From positions 182,466,001-182,530,000 of the forward strand of contig OZ038378.1 in the NCBI GenBank assembly GCA_964036045.1: a stretch of DNA of 64,000 bases. The letters are read 5' to 3'. The stretch comes from Eutreptiella sp. 'Long Island Sound 2002'. Lineage: Eukaryota; Protista; Euglenida. Below the pieces are notes generated by a model. The model saw only the letters and a program-made list of their open reading frames with translations, was not told the DNA's origin and ran no database searches. How positions within the stretch are numbered: position 1 is the stretch's first letter; every line of letters begins with the position of its first letter. The position numbers and the translations under genes are program-made. Below, piece by piece: positions 12,960 to 24,024 of the stretch.

Positions 12960-13860
12960 GTGTAAACGTCGCCGGATGTCACCCAAGAATGATGATTGTT
13001 CAACCAACCCATGCTAGCACAAAAACAGCTAATTTCTCACTGCAGGGGCCTCACAGTGGCGCCGATCTTGGAAAATTGCAGATAGCACCTAGGCTCTCGC
13101 CATTGGTTAGGGGATCAATATAGAAGGAAAAATTGGTTGGAAGGTGGACCCGAATTGCCACAAAAATAGCGGCTAAAGAACAAATAGATTTTGCCCACCA
13201 CACTGCAAACATGCAACCAGGCCCATAATGGCGCTTTTGGGACCAAGAGGCACCACTAGGAGGGTATAGCTAGTGCTAGATAGCTTCCAATAGGCTCATA
13301 CGCACTCTTTTGTGTCACCAAATCATACCCATCAACAGCCCAAGGGTTCCCGGGGGTCGTTGGATGTCACCCAGAAATCACATTTCTTCAGCCAACCTAG
13401 ACCGGCCTGAAAACGGCGAAGTCCACGCCGGTGGGGCCCCATAGGGGGGCTAATCTTGGAAGGTTGGAGATAGCACCCAGGACCACCGCCAGTGGTTAGG
13501 GGCTTCATATGGAAGAACAAAGTGGAATGGGACCTTGATCTACGCATAGTGGTGGCTATAGGCCAGCCAATTTTTGCCGGCCATGGTGCAAACAGGCCCA
13601 GACCAGCTTTTGGGGCCAACAAGCACCACTAGGAGGGCATAGCTAGTTCTACATGGATGTCCATGGCTTTACACCTACTCCCATTGACACCAAGTGACCG
13701 CCAAACAAGCACTAGGAGGCCATAGCCGGTGCTACATGGCTCCCCATGGCTTTATACATGGCTTTATACGTACTACCATCATCACTGAGTGATCACCCAA
13801 CAATGGCCCAAGGGTCCCCGGGGGTCGTCAAACGTCTAAGAACCCTCTTCAAGGCGGTTT
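12960..13860 (+). repeat. ~380-bp tandem/dispersed repeat family (~2.3 units here)
   Basis: GGATGTCACCCA recurs at ~12975 and ~13353. GATAGCACC.AGG...TGGTTAG...AAAAGTGG...TTTTGCCCAC blocks recur at ~7385-7490, 13080, 13465 and 15330-15460, with a partial copy at ~10040-10200. Confidence 0.85.
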
Positions 13861-13894
13861 GCCACACCAAATCAGCAAAAAACTTCCAGGGCAG

Positions 13895-14030
13895 GGAGTG
13901 GCATGGAAGTGGCATGGAAACGGAGCGTAACCGAATGGACCGGCATGGAAGGGGAATGGAAGTGCATTCATATGGAAGTGGACTGGCATGGAAGAGGTAT
14001 GGGGTATGGAAGCGACCTGGAAGTTCCCCT
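13895..14030 (+). repeat. Short (ATGGAA)-rich degenerate repeat
   Basis: Multiple GCATGGAA/ATGGAA units. Confidence 0.7.
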
Positions 14031-15719
14031 ACTTCTGGCAGTGGTATGCTGGTTTTGTTGCAGCCATCGGCTCTGTGCATCATGCCTCTGTCATCAACGG
14101 TGTATGTGAGGTGCATTTGTGGGAAAACAAAGCCGCTGATTTTGACACTATTTTTCCTTGTAGCAGTGGCTGTGCAGGTCTACATGCACCCTCGTAGGGC
14201 AAGAAGCTGCCTGGGCACCATATTCAATCCTGTACACACTTTGAGGCCACCCTTAGAGGCCAAGCAACTACCAGACTTCTCTTGGAGTGCCCTCTCTGCA
14301 TAGCAAGCGGGCCCTAAGGCTGGTGTAAGGCTTGAGACCTTCTTCTCCACCACGGCACTGTTAATACTGTCCCACTGTACCTGGGCCCTCCGCCAAATTT
14401 ACCACAGCAAAAGCCCCGCCCACCCCCGCCCACGGTACAATTGGGGCAGATGGGACCAATTGAATGAGTATGGCAGTCTCCTGCTCACGAGCAAAAAGGA
14501 CACTCAAAGCCACATGCAAATTGCAGAAGCTGATGACTGGATAAATGGGTAAATGAACTTATGCCAAAGCACTGAGTTGTCATTTGGTCAACAGTCATCA
14601 TCAAATACTGGTACCATCTACAATGCCTACAGACTCATCCATGGGATTTGCTGCTCGAATTGATTGAAAGAGACTGAAAAAAGTCGAGAGACTGCAGAAA
14701 TGGAACATGGTTAGACACAAGGTTACAACATGGCTCAGAGTGCTGTTAACGCGACAAGGTGGTTCCCCCAGGGCATGGAGTGGGTGGCTGAATGGGTTCA
14801 GAAGGCAGCAGTGCAAGGTTTCCATTATATACGTATATGGGCGCAATTGTGGTTGGGAGAGGGGGGGCGAACACCCCTGACGCAAAGTCGGAGAATTTCA
14901 GCCATCTTTTTGATTTTTCACCGTGATATCAACGACCCCGACCCCCTCCCTGGTTTCTGCACAGCGTGCATGGCATACCCTGCGCGGGGTAAAGTCAGAA
15001 AAATTACATTGCCTTCGGCAAGGCACCTTGAGGAGAGCCGAGTGAGTGATGTCGAGGCTGAAACCGCTGTGGGGAAGTCATACACCATAGGCCATCCAAA
15101 TTTTGCCCACTGCGGACCAAACAGGCCCAAAATGGCACTTTCTGGGCCAATAAGAACCACTAGGAGGGCCCAGATGGTGCTACATGGCCCCCCATGGCTT
15201 ATACGCGTCACCAAATGATCACCCAGCAACGGCCCAAGGGTACCCAGGGGTTGTCAAAGGTCACCCAGAAATAACAATTTTTCAACCAACCCATGCTGGC
15301 TAAGTCCTCACCCATGGGCCCCCCCTGGGAAATCTGGATATCGGGTCCAGAACCCTCATCATTGGTTAGAGGATCCATGTAAAAGAAAAAAGTGGTTGGA
15401 ACCTGCGTCCGGATCGACGCATAGTGGCGGCTAAAGGCCAACCAAATTTTGCCCACTGCGGAGCAAACAGGCCCAAAATGGCGCTGTAAGCGCAGCAGAT
15501 CCTCCCTACCCCACCCTGTTTCAGTGACTTTTGCAAGGCCAATAAACTTTTTGGTGTAATCCTCCCAAAGCTGCTCACATCAGCTATTCATACAACACAG
15601 CCTTGATGCAGACCCTAAGGCAATCACACTGGGACGTGCCAGGTTCAAGGAACACTCATTTACCTTTGAGCGTGTTCTTTTTTATCATGGTTGAAGTCGC
15701 AGTCTCCATCATCCAAAGC

Positions 15720-17260
15720 CTGTCAGCAGATCCAACACTGTGTGTTGTTGTCGGCCGTTGGGGATGGCCTCCATGAGTGTCTTTCAGCCGATCCCCTTGC
15801 ATAAAGCATACTGCCGGGTCTGTCCCCTGGAGGGGGGAAGGTTCTGTATCTTGGCTGGGTAATCCTGAAATGGATTCCTATGGACTTGGAGACGTCTTGC
15901 CCATTTAAAAAAACACTGGTGCAAAAGCATGTTTGCAAAAGAATCAGGGGAAGCCTTGCGCAACCTGCTCAAAAATGCTCAGACCTGCTGACCCCAGAAC
16001 CTGAAAAGGTCTAAAACGGACCAACCACCCCCAGCCACTTCGCTGGCTCATCAAAGCTCTACAAATCATTGTTTTTTTTACCGGGGGGGGATTCCCCAGA
16101 TCCAAAGCAGGGTCTTCTATGGCAACACCGGGCACCTCAACAATAGGGAGTAACATTGAAGCGGTTTCTGGAAAACCTCAGACTTTGCGTCAGCGTGACT
16201 CCCCCCCATCACCATGAGTACACCCAAATGCGTGTTTCCAGCCATCCTCATGGAACAAGAGAAAAGACCAACGTTCCGCTGCGCTCCGCAGACAATGTGG
16301 TGCGCATGGCATCCTTGATGCGTTACAGTCCACGCCTGTAGTGCATGCATGACTGCCTTCACAACGTTATGGTGCTGTCCAAAGGATGAGTGCAGAACCC
16401 TCTCCTCAATTTCAACACTTCTTGAAATCGGCTCAATGCCTCTGACATACGCAAGACCATGCAATTGGCACTCAAGGCGAGCAGCTGCAAAACCCCAAAC
16501 CCCTAAAGGACAACCGTACGCATGCATGCCCGCTACCCCGTCCCCCCAAAAAGGTGTGCGCAGCACTGGGCAGAGGCGTGAGGAAGCCCTTGGTGCGAAG
16601 GTGTGAGAAATGCTGGGCTGAGTGTTGCGGGGGGTCGAGACGCGTTGAGGGGCCGGCAACTGCTGTCCGTTGCTCCCCAATCGCTGTCGGTGAAATGCCA
16701 GCGGAACCCTGGAGAACGCCAACCGCTGTCCACGCACTGCAGCCCCCGGCAGAGGTCCCTTTCCAGCAAACAAGCCAACCCACCTCCTGAGACACCACTG
16801 AAAGCCCTTGTGGCCGTTCCTGAGAACGTGAAAGGGACCGAAACAAACTTCCAGGAATCTCTGTGTACAAGTTGGTGCATAAACCATGGGGGCAGCATCG
16901 TCCTCTGAAGGGGAGCAAGGTATAGATCCGGAGGGCACAGGCAGTGGAACTGCAGGGGCGTCCTGGGTATGCAGCAGCAGGCGTCCAAAGAGAGATGGGA
17001 GGCGGGTTTGGAGAAGGTGGTCGACAGTGGGGTTCTTTGCAGTCCCACGGACATGGCAGCCTTAGGGGGAAATTGTCATTCCAGAAATGCCAGCGAACCC
17101 GTCCCTCTTGGGAGCACTCGGCAATTGCGATGGTCCGATTCGTCATCGATGAGGCTGCCTCGGACGATACCCAAGACACACTTTAGCACTGCGCAAACCT
17201 GAAGCAGGGTCCAGAAAACTCTCTCGCACGACCCAACCACTCCCGAACACCTGCTCCCGC
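15720..17260 (-). pseudogene. Degenerate L1/Tx1-like reverse transcriptase remnant
   Basis: Frameshifted minus-strand pieces occur in the expected order. AYGCPLGVWGFAAARLE resembles QGCPLSPLLF, THLGVL resembles YLGV, and AGGGWSVLDL resembles GGLG..DL. Multiple stops and frameshifts. Confidence 0.6.
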
Positions 17261-18351
17261 AAATGCACGGAGGGTGTTTGTGGCCTCAACATGGCCAGAA
17301 TCTCCACGACTGGCTGCAAAGAGCCCTAAACCAAAAATGGGCCGTACCTTGGGCTCCGTGGCTCAGAATGGGACGCCGAGGGCACCGAGTCCACCCGCAA
17401 CCCCCCACTTCTTGTGACTTTCACCCCCGAGAATCGCCCAAAGCGACGGCTAGACCCCAATACCTGTCCCGCACGGAGCTGCCAGGGCAACACACGGGCC
17501 CCAAACCAGCCTGACCATGTCCCAGAAGGCGCCCAACGGTTGGATGGGATCGACCGTCACTCAACAAAGAGGTCTGTCATGGGGCATCGCTCCTTCGGCG
17601 ACGAAGTGGAGGGGTCACATTCCAACAAGACCCTGGCAAGAGTCCGTCCTCTCGTGCTCGGGTTGAATACTTCTGCCCTCTCAAATGCTGGGCCCTGCAT
17701 CCAGAAGCATCCCCCCACGCCGAAAGACCCTGATGGCCTCTGATGCCAGGGTTGGCACTAGGAGGAACCTCCCCATCCCAGTGCTGTGGTGGCCTGTAAT
17801 GGTGGCACTAATGTTGGCCATGGCTCTGTCAGGACTCTTTTTCTTGAGCCTGATTTTGTTCCCAGTGCAGGCACAATGGATGTTGGCCATGGCCCTGTCA
17901 AGCCTCTTTTGTGGGGCTTGATTCTGTGTTTAGTGCCAATGACACCATGTGATAGCATGTTATATTGGCCGAGTCCCGGAAGATTTGGTGGGGCGGCTTT
18001 GGGAGGGGGGGGGGGGTCCTGTCCGAGTTATTGCTGGTGCAGGGGAGGAATGGGGCCTCGTTTTCGACAATGCGGGCCACCATCTCCGCCGTGCGCTTGG
18101 CGGAGGACTGGGGCTGGAGCCCCCCCACTGTGCAACCCGCCCATCAGCGGCCAGCAAAGGCAGACCACACAGGCCTCACGCACAGGGCAACACTGACACT
18201 GGGGTCAGCTATGGTTCTGGGGGGAGCAATGATTCACCCCCCCTCCCTTGCCGATCCGCTGGAGCACACCCCCTCAATAATGACATGATTCCAAACCAAT
18301 GAAACCCATCTTGAAATGCAACACTTGATCAGGATGTACCTGAGGAGCAAC

Positions 18352-19516
18352 CAACACACTTGACGCATGCATACGCATATGTGCCCCCCCCCCCCCCTGC
18401 TAGCACACACACAGTTTTGCATAGGCATATGCACACCACAACACATAACACATGTGTCGAGGGTGGGGATGGGGGTAAGAGGGCACACACAAACACCGCA
18501 CAAACACCCCCTGAGTGTCGGGCTATCACCCCCCCCCTTTGCATTTTGCGGTGTGGGTGCTGGGGCTAACCTGCCTGTTGGGCCTAAGGTGAGGGAGGGT
18601 ATCTGTTTCCTTTTTGCAGGTGTGGCTTTTTTTTGAAAGTGCATTTGAAAAGTGGCTGCGCCGTGGACATGCATTGACAAGTAGGTGTGTTACTCCTTCC
18701 CTCCTCCCTGCTGTGTGTGCCTGTGGTGGTGTACAGGTGACCGCTTCCCACCATCCCTCCTCTCTTGCTCCCCCTCCCCCCCCCCCGGGACTGTGCCCCC
18801 CAACTGACTGTGTGAGGGTAGTTGTGGTGTGCTTTGTCCCCCCTCCTCCCAGGTTATAGATTACGCCCCCCGCCCCCCATGTGTGCATTGCAACGTGCCT
18901 TGTTGGTTTGTTGGCGCTTGATTTTTGGGTTGGTGGGTTGGTTGTTGGTAGGTTGGTTCGTGGGGTGCTGAGTTTGGCTGGCTGGCTAGTTGGTTGGCTA
19001 GTTGATGTGTGGGCAGGGTTCGTTGGTTAGTTGGGTGTGTGCACATGTGCTGTAGCATGCTGTGTGTTGGCTGGGCACTGTGCTGCATGCTGTGTGGTGT
19101 TGCTGCATTGTGTGTGTGTCTATGAGCATGGATGCGCAGCCACTGCAAGGGTCCTGGGGGGTGCTGCAAACATTTCATTTTGCCGTTCTAGCGGCGTTCT
19201 AGCGAGCAATCGGCGCTGCCACTTTTCAAATGCACTTTCAAAAAAAAGCCACACCTGCAAAAAGGAAACAGATACCCTCCTTCACCTTAGGCCCAACAGG
19301 CAGGTTAGCCCCAGCACCCACACCGCAACATGGAGGGGGGGGGGGGGGGCTTAGAGCCCGACACTCAGGGGGTGTTTGTGCGGTATTTGTGTTCCGCCTC
19401 TAACCCCCCTCCCCACCCTTGACATATTATGTTATGTGTTGTGTTGTGCATATGCCTATGCCAAAGTGTATGGGGGGGGGGGACCACATATGCCTATGCA
19501 TGCGTCAAGTGTGTTG
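18352..19516. repeat. ~310-bp inverted repeat pair (18352-18663 / 19211-19516) with ~550-bp spacer
   Basis: CAACACACTTGACGCATGCATA...GAAAAGTGGCTGCGCCG is matched in reverse complement by CGGCGCTGCCACTTTTC...TGCATGCGTCAAGTGTGTTG. Confidence 0.92.
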
Positions 19517-20477
19517 ATTTTTCTGCATGTATGTGTATTATCCCCCCCCTAGCCCCACTTTTGTGTCCCTTACATGTGAAACCTGCGTGAATTTTTTTGT
19601 TCTAGTTTTGTTCTAGGCTAGACCGTTCTCGTGACCTTCTAGCGAACACGCTAGATCGGCGCTAGAACGTCGCTAGAACACTTTTTTTTGTCTTCGGTTC
19701 GGGGTCAAAAATGTGTTTTTCTGAAAAAGGAGACTTGGACCCCCTAGAATGGTCCCGGGGGACCAAGTTCCACAATTGATATCACCAAACACCCACACCC
19801 ACGGGTTGGGGTAATCCCCGCTTTTCGTTCTAGCCTTCTAGCACGATCTAGGCTAGAACGAAATTGGGTCTTCTAGCGTGTACCTAGGGTGTGCTGTTGT
19901 GCAAGACCATTGAGAAAAAGACTGTGGACATTTGGTACACTAGTGCAGGGGAAAATGGGAGAAATTGGGGGGGAAATCCTGTGCCCCAGTCCACAGAGGC
20001 CACAAAAATTTTCCGGGCGCCGCTGCGGCCCAAGTCGGTGGTTCCTCATTGATCACTGTCGGTGTAGGTTGGGGGGTCCTGAGGGGGTGCGGGGGGGAGG
20101 GGCACGTAAGCCCTCCGGACTCTCAGTCCATTGGTCAGACCGGACCCTTGCAACAGCGCACCACCGTTCAAAACCCCCAGGTGTTGAATTCCAAACGCAT
20201 GTTGTCACCATGTTGTGCTCATGTTTTATTGTGATTCCCAGCCAATTTCTCAGTGTGGAACTTGTGCACCAACAGCAGGTCCTGCAGTGTAAAATGCATT
20301 GCGTCAAAGGGGCCTATGCTTCAGTGCGACCCTGGCATTGACACGTCGTTGCGACCATGGCCCAAATGACACAGTATCGGTTTCGGGGCAGGACGTTTTG
20401 CAATTTGAAAAAAAAAATTGGGCCGTCCAGTAGCCGGGTCATTCTTCAGGCGCACAATAAGGCGGCAGTTGCAGAGC

Positions 20478-20620
20478 CACCGGCAGTGGTTGGAGGGAAA
20501 GCGACGGCGGTTGAAGGGCTGGAGCGCAACCCACGGTGGTTGGGGTAACCGACGGCGGTTGGATGGTAACCGACGGTGGTGCGAGGGTATCAAATGGCGG
20601 TCGGAGGATAATAGACGCCG
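20478..20620. repeat. 21-bp minisatellite (CCGACGGCGGTTGGATGGTAA-like)
   Basis: About 6-7 degenerate units; the reverse strand translates as repeats of RRLPSNR. Confidence 0.85.
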
Positions 20621-20852
20621 ATGGGGACCATGTGTTTTCACTAAAAGAGAAAATCCCTTGCACTAAAAAATGTCCTATTTCGATGTACCATTTCTATGTC
20701 TAAGGGGAGCAAAAGCGGATCCTGCACCTCTATAGACCTCCCCGCAGTGAGTTACTCAACTTTCCTTGTTCCCTGGTACTGCCCCCCGGTGACCCATGCC
20801 CCCTACAAAGCTCTGGTGACAAGAGGTGGCTGGTCCGCACATAACGACCTGT

Positions 20853-21041
20853 TCACAGGTTGAATCCCACTTCCAGTTGAGGCTCTGTGGCATCTTTGGG
20901 TAGGTTCAGGCTGCTGAGCGTGACATCATCCTGCAGCTCTTCGCCCGTGGACGACAAGAAAATGTCCATATCCTCGTCCCCTTCATCCATCCCGGCCTTC
21001 AGTGCTATGAGAGTCTTGACGGTCTCCACCGTAGCATTCTC
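20853..21041 (-). CDS. Terminal exon encoding part of a ubiquitin-like domain (upstream exons not identified)
   Basis: Acceptor ttccatcag|GAG, then 63 codons ENATVETVKTLIALKAGMDEGDEDMDIFLSSTGEELQDDVTLSSLNLPKDATEPQLEVGFNL* that resemble the beta-grasp pattern TV..LK..I...G...L.D..TL..L.L. It is absent from the ORF track because it has no start codon. Confidence 0.65.
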   Translation of the reverse strand, partial: ENATVETVKTLIALKAGMDEGDEDMDIFLSSTGEELQDDVTLSSLNLPKDATEPQLEVGFNL

Positions 21042-24024
21042 CTGATGGAATACAACATGGGCCCAAAGCCATGAGAGTTCGACAGAAGCTTGAGTCTAAC
21101 CAGATTGATCTGCTGGCTGCCTCTGAACATGGGGTCAAGGGGCAGGGGTTTTCCAGAAAAGCTGGTTGGTTACTGTGCAGCACAACGGCCTGCTTGTGGA
21201 TGAAGGTCTGTGGGGGTGTGGGGGTGGTGGGGTCGAAGGGGACAAAGTTCGGAGGGCGGGGGATTTTGCCATCAAGGCTGAGTAGTAAGAGCGCCGGTTG
21301 GTGCTTCCGGCTGTCCGCATGGTTTGAGTTTTCAGGAGGAAATTGTTCACATTGCCTGTTCCAAGCCACTGGAGAAAAGTGTATTCAGTTGGGTGAGAGT
21401 GGGACAGTTGTCCCCTACTCACAAGTGCTGCTTCTGCCCTGGGCAGGAGGGGGGGGTTGTCGGCGACCGCGCCTGTCCCCCCACTGAGCAATTTCATTGG
21501 GCACTCTCAAATGTGACCGACCATAAGGCCCCAAAATCACGGCAGCCCAGCAATCATATGGGTCGAGTTGTGCAGTTTAATGTGCGGACTTGAAACAAGC
21601 AAAAGACACGGCTCACAATGCCTTGGGAATATGAATGAAAATTTTCCGACTAACGTTTGGGATCAAGTGGTAGGTGCCTCAGAATCGCCTAATTCGACGC
21701 CCAAATCATCATACCGCTGCATGCAAGGCCCCGCAACCCACCCAAATTGACCAACCAACGGACCAACCAAGCCATGGACCATGTTGACCTCACCAACGTT
21801 CAGTGCGTTCAGTCCTGATCTCGGTTTGGCCCGACGGTACGTCGGTCGTTTCGTTGATAAATTCGGTTTGTTCGGCGGACACTACACTTACTGTCAACAA
21901 TTACCCTGGCATTTCCTGTACACGGCTTCTTTGCATCCAAACCACAAAAGATACGAAAGGTAAATGCCGCGAGCCTGTCCTCTCAGCATGCAGGAATCCA
22001 TCCAAACACGCAACTGCGGCAGACCTTCACATCCACGTTAAACGTTTCCCCAGAGAAGAAAGCTCCACGACTCAGAACACCAATTGAGCACATGATTTAT
22101 GGCTACTGCAGACAGAGCAAAGAGACACCAACTGGAATACCCTTTTACTGCACGTCGCAACGTCTGCTAATGTAGGGGTTGTTCGTCTATTGGGAGCTAC
22201 TAACTACTTCCCCTCCGCAATTCTGAAAACATGAGAAGCTCAGCACAAATCCCTTGCCCTCCAACAGCCTAAGACAACATGCGAAAGACAACATGGCCGC
22301 AATTCTGTGAACCTCTTGGTCTTGAGGGCATAGGTGGTTGCGATTAGAGACCCTCCTGAGCTATGCACCACTACCGTCCCAAACAGAAAAAATAAGCTGC
22401 ACAGAGCTTCCAGAGGAACCTAAGCTTGCTAGGAGCGCTTGGAACTTGGGACCATGTCCCTCCTCTGCCCTACATTTGGGAAATGTCATACTTCGACACC
22501 ATAACAGTATCCAATGAAGGACGGACGTTGCTGCACACTAATGGCAGGAACATGGATGGTCCTAATGGAATCGAAATGGCTGAAGATTCTGGCCCGATGG
22601 ATCCAGTGCTGACACTTTAGAGTCTGATTCGGATTCAAGTATTTGTTGGCAGTGATTCCGACTGGGACTGAGGCTCTACCTCTTCATCAGTACGTATTGT
22701 TGGCCCTTTTTTCCAGCAGACAGCATCATCATCATGATGCTCATGTAAAGATTCGCAACGTCCATTTCCATGTGGCACCAGTACACTTGTGGGTGACAGG
22801 GCCGGGGAATAGTGCAAACAAATGTACAAGTGCGTGAATTTTGTTGTGTCCTGAGAGTGGTTTCTTTTTTTGTCTGTCATCGGTATACAAAAACCTGCAG
22901 GATGCTAAGGTGTGAGCTTTCTGGCTGTGGTGTCTGATACATTGTGAAGCAAGACCAGAATCACATAGTATCCCTCAGGCAGGCCGGTCCCTTGGGATAC
23001 ACTGTCTTCTTCCGTTGATACCACAGAGAATGCTGCCTGGTGTTCAGCCATGCCTCCTGAAGAGAGGCAGGACGAGGTGTATGCGGAGGTGTATGTAGTG
23101 CCTCGAGAGTGGTTTCCAAATTCAAGTACAGACCTTCGCTTAAGCTTCCTTTTGAGAGGGTCTTGGAGTGGCGCAACTTTCTTCATGCCCTCCCACTCTG
23201 CCACAACACCTCAATACCCCCTCTTAAAAGTCAGCACGTGCTCCCATTTTGGTGTGTGCTTTTATTACTTGCTGGCATTTGTTTTTTATCATTCGTGGTT
23301 TTGCTGTGTTCTGAACATGCTCAGTATGGATGCTCCTCTCGTTACTCTTGTTGAGGCTCCAGAATATGATGAATTCGTGGTCGATGATGCCTCAGCGGTG
23401 GAAACTGATCCAGGGCAGTTAGATGAAGGTGAGGATAAAGACCCTTATACTTCTGAGGAAGGTGGTTGCGCTAATGCTCCCACCGATATTGATAACACCG
23501 TTCTTGATTGTGCTGCTTCTGATGATTTTCTTCCTTGTGCTGATTTTACAATGCTGTTGCAGCAGCTACTCATGACACATGTGTTTCTAATGCTGATGTT
23601 CATGATGTTGTTCCTACTGCAGTGGCTACCCATGATGCCGTTCCTTTGAATCAGGGATAAACATAGTTTGAAGGAGAGAAGGGGAAATTATTTCAAAAAA
23701 GTTGGAGAAAAAATCAATTCTGGGAAGGGGGCTATGTATGGCTACTTTTTTTTGAAGAAAAACTGACTACCAATGGAACTGAATGCGTGTGTTTGGGACT
23801 CAATCTCACGGTCTTCTAGCTTTGATTTCAGAGGCAGGGTCAGGCTGGAATGTTCCTGCATGCTTATATTTTGCTGAATTTAATAAAAGCCGGCTTGCAT
23901 GCTTTTATTTTGGCTACATGCTTTTATCGGGGGGCGGGGGCTGTACTTGAAATGTGTCACACACATCTACCTGGAAGCTCTTGCAGTTTTGCACAGAGCA
24001 CAGTTGCTTTCTATTCAGAGTGCA

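Noticed and set aside
14525-14545. CTGATGA as a hammerhead ribozyme core
   Set aside because: No correctly placed stem II, GAAA or stem III around it.
22900-23650. Short ORFs on both strands, including an acidic stretch
   Set aside because: No consistent splice structure or domain; probably decayed TE or intron sequence.
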